From contig NIVC01000546.1 of NCBI GenBank assembly GCA_002269645.1, forward strand, positions 186,001 to 250,000: DNA of 64,000 nt, written 5' to 3'. A program made the translations under genes and the position numbers. The notes beneath the pieces were generated by a model. The model saw nothing but the letters and a program-made list of their open reading frames with translations. It did no database searches and was not told the origin of the DNA. Below are positions 1-11,855 of the stretch, one piece after another. The stretch's first letter is position 1. Every line of letters begins with the position of its first letter. This DNA comes from Macrostomum lignano. Lineage: Eukaryota.

Positions 1-16
1 AGACAGTCAGTCAGAC

Positions 17-47
<31 letters not shown>

Positions 48-146
48 CAGACAGACAGACAGACAGACACACAGACACACAGACAGACAGACATACGGAC
101 AGTCAGACAGACACAGGCAGACAGACAGGCAGGCAGACAGAGAGGC

Positions 147-189
<43 letters not shown>

Positions 190-500
190 GAGACAGACAG
201 GCATGTAGACAGACAGACAGACATACGGACAGTCAGACAGACACAGGCAGACAGACAGTCAGTCAGACAGAGACAGACAGACAGACACACAGACACACAG
301 ACAGACAGACATACGGACAGTCAGACAGACACAGGCAGGCAGACAGGCAGGCAGACAGAGAGGCAGACAGACAGACAGACAGAGAGACAGACAGACAGAC
401 ACAGACAGACAGACACACAGACACACAGACACACAGACAGACAGACATACGGACAGTCAGACAGACACAGGCAGACAGACAGGCAGGCAGACAGAGAGGC

Positions 501-541
<41 letters not shown>
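1..541. repeat. (ACAG)n/(AC)n compound microsatellite, probably intronic in the minus-strand gene
   Basis: Directly visible; begins about 15 nt past the putative minus-strand donor at 556. Confidence 0.95.
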
Positions 542-543
<2 letters not shown>

Positions 544-556
544 AGACTGTAATCAC

Positions 557-764
557 CAGTTATAACAGTGATGGCCTCGGGTCCAATAGGGGGCGCTTGC
601 GGCTGCTGCTGTGGCGGCACAGACGACGATGTTGAAGGCTGGCTGCTGCTATCAGCATCTTCAGCTGACTGTTGTTGCTGTTGCTGCTGATCTGGATGCT
701 GCGTTCGCTGCTGCTGCTGCTGATTATCGGAAGCATCATCCGACTTTGCGTACTTAATTGTCAT
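557..764 (-). CDS. Probable first coding exon of an unidentified gene running off the left edge (MTIKYAK...Q-rich...[12 protein letters not shown])
   Basis: GC-rich Q/S/P-rich open frame; ATG at 764; phase-1 donor G|GTGATT at 556 followed by microsatellite; product not recognised. Confidence 0.5.
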
Positions 765-870
765 AGAGATGCAGCTCAATGCACTAAATAGATTACTGGA
801 ATAAATGATGATAAGTAATATGACATGATTATTTAACAATGCTTGACTCAACCCAGCTTTTGATTGGATT

Positions 871-1125
871 TCCTATATACTAAAAATGAAATGTGTGTCT
901 CTGTGAGATAGATTTTAGAAAAAACGGCTAAGCCGATTTTCTTCAAACTTGCACCATTCGATCAGAATTTTATTCTAAATTTGACTGCAGTTGCTTTTAA
1001 TTTTAACTAAAGTGTAGGTTTCAAAAAAAGAAAACATTTTTATATAATTTGATCATTTTCTTACATTAATCAATATCAAAATAATATTTTTAATTCTATG
1101 CAAATGGGCTCTCTAAAAAAGCTAG
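871..1125 (+). mobile_element. Degenerate non-autonomous Helitron/HINE-like fragment
   Basis: Starts TCCTATATACTAAAAATGAAATGTGTGTCT and contains AAAACGGCTAAGCCGATTTTCTTCAAAC, resembling animal non-autonomous Helitron 5' cores; ends near GCTAGT; 3' hairpin not convincing. Confidence 0.3.
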
Positions 1126-1374
1126 TGCTTAACTTTTGTTTTACTTCATAGTAATTTTTTCTACCTTTAAGGACATTTAATAAGCAGATACTCATATAGA
1201 GGTTAAAAGTAAGATCAATATTGGGATCCTATCTTATCCTCTACTAGCTAGTTGTCTTATAACAGGAGTTAGCAAACTCTAGCCCATTTAGGCCATATGC
1301 AGCCTACTAGGCCTCTCTATCTAGCCATTGGGTCCCTTGAAATTTCACAATAGCCATCTGGCCTCTCTACAGTT

Positions 1375-1615
1375 TGTGGCTCTTTTTGGCTCTCTTAGCC
1401 TTCTCTCCTCTCTTCTTTCCTCTCCACTTTTTCCTTTCTACTCTCTCTTCTCCCTCTCTCCTCTTCATTTTCTCTCTCCTTTCTCACCTCTTCTCTCCTC
1501 TCCCTTCTACTCTCCTCTTCCTTCTTATTCTTTTCCCTCCCTTTTCCCATCTCCCTTCTCTTGCGCATTCTACCATTTTTCCTCTCCTCTCTTCTCTATT
1601 CACCTCTTTTTTTCC
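1375..1615. repeat. CT-rich low-complexity tract
   Basis: Near-pure pyrimidine tract. Confidence 0.85.
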
Positions 1616-4600
1616 TTCTAGCTCATGGTCATGTGCTAGATTCTTCATTTTACCCTTGAGATAAATTTTATAGTTTTGAAAACATTTATAATCTCATATT
1701 TGCATACTTAACCTAGGTGTAGACTGTATAATCAAGAATATTATTAAGATTGCTAATTGATTATTTTTTATAAGGCCTAATAAATAGGTATAAGTAACAA
1801 ATGTTAAAGCTTACTTAAAGGAATAATTATCTAAATAGTAATATTTAAAATTTAATCATTTGATATTAATAGAAAATTGATGAAATAAATACCAGGTATA
1901 ATGTAATAAAATGATAAATTGCCAATATATTCTGCAATATAATATAACTAATAGGTTTGCGTCAAATTTTTTTTTGTAATTATAGGCTACCTAATATAGC
2001 TTGTTAAATGTACTTTAAAATATGCAAGTGAATAAATTAGGGTTACCTGAAAAAAACATTAAGAATTGCTATATAATATAGACCATTTAGACAACAAGTA
2101 TTTTAGTAACAAGTTGGGTTTAAAGGTCATTTCAGCAAAAAGTTATTCTGTTAAAAAATGTTTTGGTAAAAAACTTTTAGCAAATATTTATCAATGATCC
2201 CTATTATAGCCAAGGTCTAAACTATGCTTGATATCCCTCTTTTCTAATACCAGACTATAGTAGCATCCCAAACCATACTTGCACTGCTAGGGGAAAATTT
2301 GTACTAGATGCTATAGCAATAATGGTCATTGGTTATAATAGGATATTGGCTCTGCCTCCTATTGAAAGCAATAGCAATTTTAACATAAAAAAGGAAAAGG
2401 TCCTATCTTTGTAGTGCATTTTTGGCATTGATGATTTTGTGATGATATTTCAATATTTAATTGTGGCAAAAAGTGATTTTAATGTATATTTTAATATATG
2501 CTTATCTATGACTTCAAATTAATCAGTGTCCCCTCCCTCACTCTTAGAAAAAATGTATATTGCTATGTTAGCCTGCCTATATATACATTGCTTTAACCTT
2601 CAACTTAGCTACAAATAAAAGTGCACACAGTTGGTGACTTAGAGTAGAGTCACATTTTTGCTTTCTTTGTGTGTCTTAAAGTTTGCAACCTACAAATGAT
2701 TCAACAAATTCTCTATATTAACTTTGAGCTTTAAAACATTTTAGTGATATTCAAGTCAAAAGGAAAATTATATACAAGCAAAAATACTACATAGGATAAT
2801 ATTAAATCATTTTTTAATAAATAAATAGTGACTTTAGTTGGCATATTATGACTTATGCTATGCAATACCTAGAACAGTTCACTTATCATTATATATTGTA
2901 TATTAGTATATTATTCATATATATGCTTTGCACATTTCATTTCTTTAATTAAATAATAGTCCAAGCTTAAATCCAAACTTGCTATCCAACTTTACTATTA
3001 ACTTATTCCTTCTTCCTATATACATATACCTATATACTAATATTCTTATATATTTATATGCCTATGGCTATTGCACTTGTTCTATAAATCCACTTTACTT
3101 TTCTACATAAAACTGTATCATCCCACTTTGGTTGTTATTAACTTTATTGCATTAAAAAATGCTTATATTGTGTTAAGAAAAGCTTTTCACTAAGATATCT
3201 GTTAGTAAAATTATTTTTTATCAAAATATCTTTTACTAAAATGACTTTTTGTCAAAATGACTTATTTTAAAAAGTAACTATGGTCATAAGGATTATAGTC
3301 ACTTTGGTGACAAACAAAGTAATTTTTGATAATAAGAAAACTTTTTTGGTGATAGCCATTGTGTTTTGAAGTAGAAAATTATTTTGCTGATCTTAAGTAG
3401 GCCTAATATGAAACCTACAAGTTTAAAGGTTTATTACAATGGTAAAGTAGTGTTTCATTTCATTATGTTTATATTACTTATATACACATATATATCAATC
3501 TTTAAACAAAATTTTTGAAATATAAAATATATTCTTAACAAAAGAACTATAAACATATAATATATAGGCCTTAATAATATGTCATGAGGCATCTCCTATT
3601 ACCAAAATGACTAACTTACCAAATTTTCTATTTTCATCCAAGGTGAAGTATGTTTTCACCTTTATTATACTAATGATTATATTCTATTATATCATTTGCT
3701 GAATCTATGACTATGCTATATTAATTATATATAATGATGCATAGTTTTTTATATAATGTATCTTAAAGCCAAAATTCTCTTACTTATTATTCTTTTTTAC
3801 AATATATTATATCTACTGAAGCTAAATAGACCAAATAGGGCATTTTATAATTATTTCTTTTTAAATAGTTAGCAACTCAAAATGCGAGACTTATAGCATA
3901 TAGGCTTATATATCAATATAGAATTTTCTTATGCAATGAATAAACTTCTATATACTATATATTATATACTATCAATAAACAAAAAATTATAATTGCTTAA
4001 TTGATAGGCATATTATTTAAGATCTATTATCAAAATGGTTATTGTCAAAATTGACAATTGCCAAAGTTAGACTATATTTAAAGCTTAGGCCTTATTGCCT
4101 AGCCTTAATTTTTATAAGCTTAGGCTAGGGGATAACAGTCCACTTCAAAAATAGACATATTGGTAACAGCCACTTTGGTTACAATACAAGTGAGAATAAT
4201 AATATATATTATTTGATTTTTTAACAAAATATGCAAACAAACTTTAAAGAAAAAATGACAAAACACATGTGTACCTACATGTGTTTAACTTGTTTAAAAG
4301 TGTTTTGATTAATCTATTTTAATTTATAGATAAGTCAGTTAGATATATACATAAAGACATCCTGTAATTAACCAAATATTATGTACCATATATATTGGAA
4401 TCTCTGATCTAGTTAGTGAAAAGCAACTTAAAATTATAGAATTTACTTATTTCATAATTTCAATGTATGCAATGCTTTGTTTAATTTTCTTTGCCTTCAA
4501 AATGTTCACAGTTAATAAGCCTATTGCCTACACAAGTTTAAATGATTTATATTTTAATTTAATTAGAAAATTTAACTATATATGGCAATCACATATATAG

Positions 4601-6571
4601 AAAATAAAAAATTAAATGTGCATACAACTTCAATTATTTTTTTCTTTGCCTCTGCCCTGAATTAGCTTTAGTATGTTAGAAGTAGGCCTAGGCCTAAGTC
4701 AATAAATAAATAGACTTTGCACCTGGGTTTTTTTTGCCAGAGACAAAGTACAAAATCGCACCTTGTGCCAAATTTCAAGAAGCAATTTTAAGGCTCAGAG
4801 TGAAATTTCTCTTGAGTCTTGTTTCAGACAACTGGGAATGTATATTTTTATATCTTACATAAGGCTTTAGCCATAGGCTATATTGCCTATATGATGTAAT
4901 AGGATTTAAAGAGTTATTTTGTTTCATATTGTAAGGCAGTGCATGAAAAAATAGCTTAAGCATGATTAGGCCTAAGCCTTTAAAGAAAAATGATTAAAAG
5001 ACTGCACTTAAACAGCACCTACTTTTTTAATTTCAGGGTGCAATTTTAAAATTTAGGGTGCATACGCACACTGCGCACAAAAAACCCTGCTTTGCACTAA
5101 GGGGCCGGCCACCTTTATTCTAGCTCTAGCTAGATAAAAAGGCAAGACTAGGTAAATTAAATAGACTAAAACAAATAACTAAAGAGTGACAGAAAGTCAA
5201 AGTTATGCATATTATAGGCCTAGTAGGCCTATAAATTTTGAAAATAAGTGCCTACCTATCCTTGGCTTAGGCCTACACAGAAAACATTACACAGGTTTAG
5301 GCCTAATCTAATACTAATAGCAAAAAGCACGAAGATGATCAAGGACAACTTAGTTCCTTACTACCTTAGTAAAGTAAGGCCCCTTTATTAAAAGTCAAGG
5401 TAGTAGTACTAGTACTAGTAGGCCTAGTCCTTGAACATTGTCCAAAAATTGAACCAATAGAAAAAAAATTATTTTTTAAACTTGAAACTAAAAAATGATA
5501 GGCCTATTGTAGGCTAGGCCTATCTACTAAATAATTTATTGTGAGTGTCCAACAAAAATTGAAACTAGCATTAGAAATAGGGGCCTATTAAGGCTAAATG
5601 ATGTAAAGAAGGAACAAACTCGAGATGTAAAATATAAAACGAACGAATTCACGGGATTTGACACGGAGATATTTATTTCTAATAAATAAAGACGACAATA
5701 GTTTAAGTTTGGAAAGCCGAACAAAAATATTGTGTAGTGCTTACTTAGCAACAAGCTAGCCACTTTGTACACTATTACACTGCTGTGTACGTTTATTTTC
5801 AAAATTTTATTATACTTGCCCAAACTAAAAGAGTGGTTTCCACAAGTGTGTATGCAATAAATTCAAGGCTTCACAACCTCTGTAACAAAACGAATTACGT
5901 TTAGTAAAATGCGTTTAAAAACCTTTTTAAACTATAAGAATTATTTATTTCACCTTTTTGCACTTTATTTCATATAAAAGCCTTTTGAAGTATTTATTAC
6001 CAATTGTAGTTAAAAAAGCCGGCAGTTAATATTACGTTTAATTATATAGTTTCCGCACGCGAAGGCGTATTCAGCATGCCAGTGAAGTATGAGACAGACT
6101 AGGCCCATGGGCTAAGGTCTGCGATGCTTCACGCCTGCCCCTATCTTCAGCAGGTCAAGGCTGGTGGGAGGTCTGCACCCTCTATTTGCCTCTGGCAGCC
6201 GCAGACCCCCCCCACGCTGTCTCGCAAGTCGACCCAGGGTACTCGTCCCCGCGTGTGTTCAAGGCAGTCCCTAGGGCTGCTGGACAGACTGGGCTCCGGC
6301 GCTGGCGACCCTATCCAGTGGCTTCGGCCGAATTTGGGTATGCGGGTCTGGCTCGCCAACCTGCAGGCCGTGGTACTGCTCAACGTACTCTCTAATGCCT
6401 AAGGTGTTGACCGTGCCGATGGGCTGGAAGGCCGGGGAGTAGTCCGGTCGCAAGCGGTCCCCCTCCTGGTGTCGGGCCAGCCTTGAGGGTGCTATTGGCC
6501 TACTGCCCGGTCAGGTGGAGCGGCCGGGTGGGTACCGCGCCCCTTTGAGGGTAGCCCACCAACCTTTTATC

Positions 6572-8092
6572 ATGGCCTTCGAGCCGACTATGGATAAACA
6601 AGCTATTTCTAGGGACGGGGACCCTTCTAAACCCCAACCTCAGTCCGAAGGACCGGCCGGCCCTGCTGGCAGATCCCAACCGACTGATTCAACTGTGGCA
6701 AAGGAAGGACCGGCTGGCTCTGCTGGCAGATCCGACCAGAGCTACCAAACTCAAAATACCCTAAGACCTGCCAGCTCCGCTGGTGGATCTAAGGGAACCG
6801 CGAGCTCTGAGCCTAAAGGACCGGCCAAATCTGGCAGATCCGATGAAGCTCAGCGGGCTCGGCTTGAGCGCAAACGCGCTAAACAACGCGCCAAAAGGCA
6901 GGCCAAGAAGGGAGCTGCGGGGGCCAAAGCGGCGGCGTCCACCATGGATGCTGAAGCGACTGGAGTCCCAAGGCAACCAGGCGGGCCGGCCGGTGGAAGC
7001 TCCAGTAGTTCAGCGGCGGCGCTCCCTGGAGCTGCTGCCGCGGCTGCTGAGGCCGAAACCACGGCGCAACAAATGGCCACTGCCAACAAGGAGGTTCCTT
7101 CGGGAGCTACCTTTGCGGCGAAGGCCAAGGCCAAAATCCCGGGAGTGATCATCCAAGGTCGCGACCAGGACTGGACCACTGATCAGCTTCAAAAAGTGTG
7201 GAGTGCTGTTGACTCCTATCTGATTGAGCTGACTGTCGAGGAGGGAATCTCCATCGGCGTTGAGCGGATGGTGCTGCGAAGCACATTCGTTCTTATTGCT
7301 CCTAGCAGCGAGGAGGACGCTCGGCGGCTGCTCCAGCGGCTACCGACGGTCTCCTTGGATGCTGACCTTGGTGGAGCTCTTTTTCTTCGCGAGGGCCAGC
7401 GTCCAAAGACGATACCCTATGTGGTTTTCGTCCCTGCTAAGAGCACCGCAGCTGGACCAGACGTTATTCGCCGGGTCCTACTGCGTCTGAACCCCGACCT
7501 CCCTGCTAGTGGACTGGTGTATCACCGCAAAGTCCGCAGGGGGGAGACGGGCAACTCAATTGTCCTCGGCCTTTCCAGCACTTGGGCGAGTCGGTACCCT
7601 AATGGATCCTCTTTCCAGCTGGGTGCCCTCAAGCTCAAGTTGCGCCGAGGAAAGTCTGCCAAAGGGAAGGCTACTGCCAACCCCGGCATCTCCGGCAAGA
7701 GCGGGGCGCAGTCTAAGGCCCAAGGAAAGGCGCAAGCCGATCCCAAAGCCAAAGCTGCATCTCGCCCCTCTGCTAGCAGCAGTTCGGCGACCGCGGTAAC
7801 GGCTCCGGCCGAGCCCCGGGAACCAAACCTGCCAGTCGGAGAAGGAGTTGAGGACGAGGCCGGGTCTTCGGAATCCGAGCTCTCCTCGGCCACCTTGGTG
7901 GGGTCTGAAGGTAAAGATGCAGGTGAGGAAGCTTCCTCCATCCTGTCATCGGAGCCTGAGGACTCTGCTGGGGGGGCCGGTGGGGGTGAGGAGGCCATGG
8001 ACGTCGACCAACTCCCATCTCCCAGTCAAGCCCCAGCGGCCTGGGACGAGGACGATCTGTTGTCAAGTCTCCTTGATGGCCCTGGGCTCTAG
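6572..8092 (+). CDS. LINE ORF1 (basic, A/G/S-rich, no CCHC knuckle; central region possibly DUF4780-like)
   Basis: Open frame, first ATG at 6572; K/R-rich patch ARLERKRAKQRAKRQAKK; repeated GPAGxAGRS motifs; acidic C-terminus; stop 23 nt before ORF2. Confidence 0.85.
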   Translation: MAFEPTMDKQAISRDGDPSKPQPQSEGPAGPAGRSQPTDSTVAKEGPAGSAGRSDQSYQTQNTLRPASSAGGSKGTASSEPKGPAKSGRSDEAQRARLERKRAKQRAKRQAKKGAAGAKAAASTMDAEATGVPRQPGGPAGGSSSSSAAALPGAAAAAAEAETTAQQMATANKEVPSGATFAAKAKAKIPGVIIQGRDQDWTTDQLQKVWSAVDSYLIELTVEEGISIGVERMVLRSTFVLIAPSSEEDARRLLQRLPTVSLDADLGGALFLREGQRPKTIPYVVFVPAKSTAAGPDVIRRVLLRLNPDLPASGLVYHRKVRRGETGNSIVLGLSSTWASRYPNGSSFQLGALKLKLRRGKSAKGKATANPGISGKSGAQSKAQGKAQADPKAKAASRPSASSSSATAVTAPAEPREPNLPVGEGVEDEAGSSESELSSATLVGSEGKDAGEEASSILSSEPEDSAGGAGGGEEAMDVDQLPSPSQAPAAWDEDDLLSSLLDGPGL

Positions 8093-8115
8093 CCAGATAT
8101 TGCATTTAATACAGT

Positions 8116-11100
8116 ATGACTAAGCTCCACGCTGCCAAAGGAGCGACATTCTGTCTGCAAATAAATTTACAGCATTGCGTATCTGCGTCAGTAAATCTGA
8201 TGAAGATTGCTGAGCTGTACAGGCCAGGCCTCATCCTGATCCAGGAACCCTGGATGCGCAACGGTAAGTTGCCCAACATTCCCTCTGGCTACTCTGATTT
8301 TTATGTGTGTGGCCCGGGGAACAGCCGCCCTAGAGCGGCTATCCTCGCTGCTAGCCATCTCCAGGCTTGGCTGAGGACTGATCTCTCTGATGGAGACCTT
8401 TGCGTCATCCAATCTAATCATTTCTCTCCGCGTACGTGTCTTGTTGCCTCGGTTTATATCCCAGGCGACAGAGACCCTGCTCCCGAGAGTTTACTGCGCC
8501 TTGCGCAGTACTGCGAGTCCCAGAACGCTGAGCTGTGCTTAGGGGGCGACCTCAACGCGCACCACAAGCACTGGGGCAGCAAAGATACCAACACTAGAGG
8601 AGAGGAGCTTCTGGCCCTCATCTCTAACACAAACCTCATGCTCTGCAACCGCGGCAGCACTCCTACCTTTAATAATGGCAGATGGACCGAGGTCCTCGAC
8701 GCCACACTCGTTACCCCAAGACTCTTTGACAGAGTCAAGGAGTGGAGAGTCTGGTCTGAGGAGCCCTCCCTGTCTGACCACTGCTTTATCGCCTTTAATA
8801 TCGCGGACACTAAAACCCAGTCTCCGATCACTTGGAGACGCAATATCCGCAACACTGATTGGGCGGCCTACAAGGCTGCCCTTGATCTGCACCTGCAGGA
8901 ACTCACGGACTTACGTCCGATTGAGACCTGCGAGGATGTGGATCATATGGCTGAGACGCTGACAGGTTGCATTATTGCAGCCTACGAAGCGGCTTGTCCT
9001 GCTCGCGCCTACAGAGGCAAGACCTCGGCGCCGTGGTGGAACCCGGAGCTGGGGAAACTCAGGCGGAAGGCCAAAAGCCTTCATCGCCGTGCCATGAAGA
9101 CCGGAAACCCGGAGGACATGGAGCTTTTCCGGCAAGCCTCCCGCAATTTCAAATCTGAAGTGCGCAAGGCCAAGGAATGTAAGTGGCGCCAATTCTGCAA
9201 TGAATTGGATCAAGACAGACCTACTTCTAGGCTTGTCAAGGCCCTTACAATGGACAAAATGTCCAAATTAGCCATGATCAAAAAAGATGATGGCTCTCTT
9301 ACTAAAGACCCTGAAGAAGTGCTTCAGCATATGCTTAGCACATTCTTCCCGAGGGTACCTACTGCTAGACCGGAGCCCAACCATTCGATGGATGGAGCCA
9401 CCCTAGCGGCGGGCATTGTCACTGAAGACCTAATCGCTCGTGCGGTCAGAACCTTCAAACCCTTCAAATCTCCTGGACCTGATGGTATCTACCCTGTTCT
9501 CCTTCGTGAAGCAGCCAAGATACCCTCGTTCCTGAGACTCACCCGCAATCTTATGCGGGCCTCTATCCAGCTGGGATACGTTCCCAAAAGCTGGACTGAA
9601 GCTCGAGTAGTCTTTATTCCCAAACCTGGGAAGGGTGACTACCAAAGCGTCAAGGCCTTCCGGCCAATTAGCTTAACGTCAGCAATGCTTAAGCTCACTG
9701 AGAGGCTTATTCTCTGGCGGCTGCTCTCCTGCGAGCTGACAGCGATGCCCCTCAGCAATAATCAGCACGCCTTCCGTACCGGGAGGTCGACTGACAGCGC
9801 CCTGCATGCGATTGTCGAAAAGATTGAACGGGCGGTACTGGGTGACGGTTACGCCCTGGCTCTCTTTCTTGACATTGTTGGCGCCTTCGACAACGTTATC
9901 TTTGAAGCGTTTCAGAGGGCCCTTCAAAATCGCAAAGCTCATGCTACCCTCATACGGTGGATCATGTACATGATCTCCAACCGTACGGTCACTGCCCAAC
10001 TTCTTGGGCAAACTGCCTCCACCAGAGTCTGTAAGGGTGGACCCCAAGGCGGAGTCCTCACCCGACGCTCTGGAACCTGGTCATGGACGCTCTTCTGAGT
10101 GACTCCCGACCTGACCCCGTCTTCAAAGTCGGGTATGCTGATGACGTCACGGCCATTGTGGCAGGACCGTCTCCCAGCACGCTCAGGGATCTGATGCAGA
10201 GCTTTATCCGCAAAGCAGAATCCTGGGCCAATGACAATGGTTTGGAACTCTCTGAGCCCAAAACCGTTGCCATTATGTTTACCAGCAGACTACGCTGGAA
10301 CATACGTCCTCTGCAGCTCTACGGCAGAGATATTGCCTTCGCGCACCAGACCAGATGTCTCGGGGTCACACTTGACCACCGGCTCAACTGGTCCTTCCAC
10401 GTGAAAGCAAAAGCTAAGCGTGCCTCAGCCATCCTGGCCCAGCTCCGACGAGCACTTGGCACTTCTTGGGGTCTATCCCCAAAGCGGCTTTGGTGGATCT
10501 ATACTTCCGTAGTTAGACCTGCCATTACGTACGCCTCTGTTGTCTGGGTTAGCGCTACCCAGGTCAAAAGCCATGCAGACCTGCTCAACACGATCCAAGG
10601 CAGAGCGTGTAGGCTCATCTGCAACGCCACCAGGTCCACGCCCTTTGCTGGCATGGGGGCCTTTCTTAATCTTCCGCCTCTTGACCTCTTCATCAGGGGT
10701 GAGGCGGCTAGAACGACGCGGCGTCTAATTGATGCCGGCGTCAAATTCATTTACATGAGAGCACCTGCTAAGCGGAACCTTGTCCCGCATAGCGATCTGT
10801 GCCTCAACTTTCTCAACGAGTGTCAGGCCAATCGCGTCTTCACCGATGGCATTGCCTCAACGCTCAACCTGAGACAGCGCTACTCCGTAGCTATCGACTC
10901 GCGCGATAACATCAATGACCATTGGAACCCTGGTGAGCTTCATTGCTACACCGACGGTTCTAAGCAGTCAGCCAACACCGGCTTTGGTGTTGGAATCTTT
11001 CTGAACGGGAGGGTCATCGCTACCCACGCTCAATACACTGGGGTCAACTCCAGTGTTTTCCAAAATGAAGTTCTGGCCATCAGCTCCTGCACTGCAGAGC

Positions 11101-11855
11101 TTCTCGCCACTGGCGTTACTGGTAAGAACATCATTTTCCATTCGGACAGCCAAGCTGCCTTGCACGCCATCAGTGGCTGCAGCACCAACTCTGCTACAGT
11201 CCTCGACTGTATCAAACTTCTCAATGTGTTGGGTTCCGCCAACAAAATTACCCTTAAGTGGGTTCCAGGGCATGTGGGGATCCGAGGAAATGAGTTGGCT
11301 GACACCCTTGCAAAAGTTGGTGCCTCCGGCTCCTCTCTCGGCCCCGAACCTCTTGTCCCGATTCCTGGCTGTGTCATCGACTCGCGCATCAAAGCGTGGA
11401 TCAGGACTCAGCACCGCTCGACTTGGGCGAACCGCACGAACTGCAGGCAATCCAGAGGCGCTGTCCCTCAGCCCTCTCACCAGCTCCGGAAGCTCCTCTT
11501 GCGCCTCTCGCGCAGAGACATCCGGGCTGCCACCATGACCCTCTCTGGTCACGGCTGCTTCTCCAGGCACCAGTACCTGCAGGGCAACGCCACCAACGCC
11601 ACCTGTAGTTTCTGCAACTCAGGTGACGAAACCGCTGAGCATTTCGTCAGCATCTGTCCCGCCTTCACGCGGGCCAGACTCACTTACCTCGGGCCACACA
11701 CATCTATTACTGAAGCGTGCAAACCCGAAAACTTTAATCAGCTCATGCGCTACCTTAGGGCCACCCGCAGGGCTGAACTCTCCTTTCCAGAGAGCACCAT
11801 AGCTGCTGGCGACACTGGGGGACCTCCCTGGGCGGCGCCAACCCTCCGTCCATAG
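8116..11855 (+). CDS. LINE ORF2: AP endonuclease, reverse transcriptase, RNase H, CCHC; one frameshift at 10061-10063
   Basis: QINLQH, LIQEPW, GGDLNAHH, SDH (APE); KSPGPDG, FRPISL, PQGGVL, YADD (RT); YTDGS, SDSQAAL, WVPGHVG..NELAD (RNH); CSFC..ETAEHF..C. Confidence 0.93.

Noticed and set aside
557-600. EAITVITG as the start of a P-loop (CBWD/ZNG1-like) or Rossmann motif
   Set aside because: Too short to assign; the next exon lies outside the window.
6055-6571. HDV-like or hammerhead ribozyme in the LINE 5' UTR (HDV-like ribozymes are known from some Loa-clade elements)
   Set aside because: Only simple nested hairpins found (GTGAAG/CTTCAC, CAGAC/GTCTG, GCCC/GGGC). The P1-P2-P3-P1.1 order and the CUGAUGA/GAAA core could not be built by eye; a covariance search would settle it.
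6124-11608. Short alternative-frame and antisense ORFs inside the LINE, and likewise inside the Bel/Pao element
   Set aside because: Shadow ORFs of GC-rich coding sequence with no motifs.
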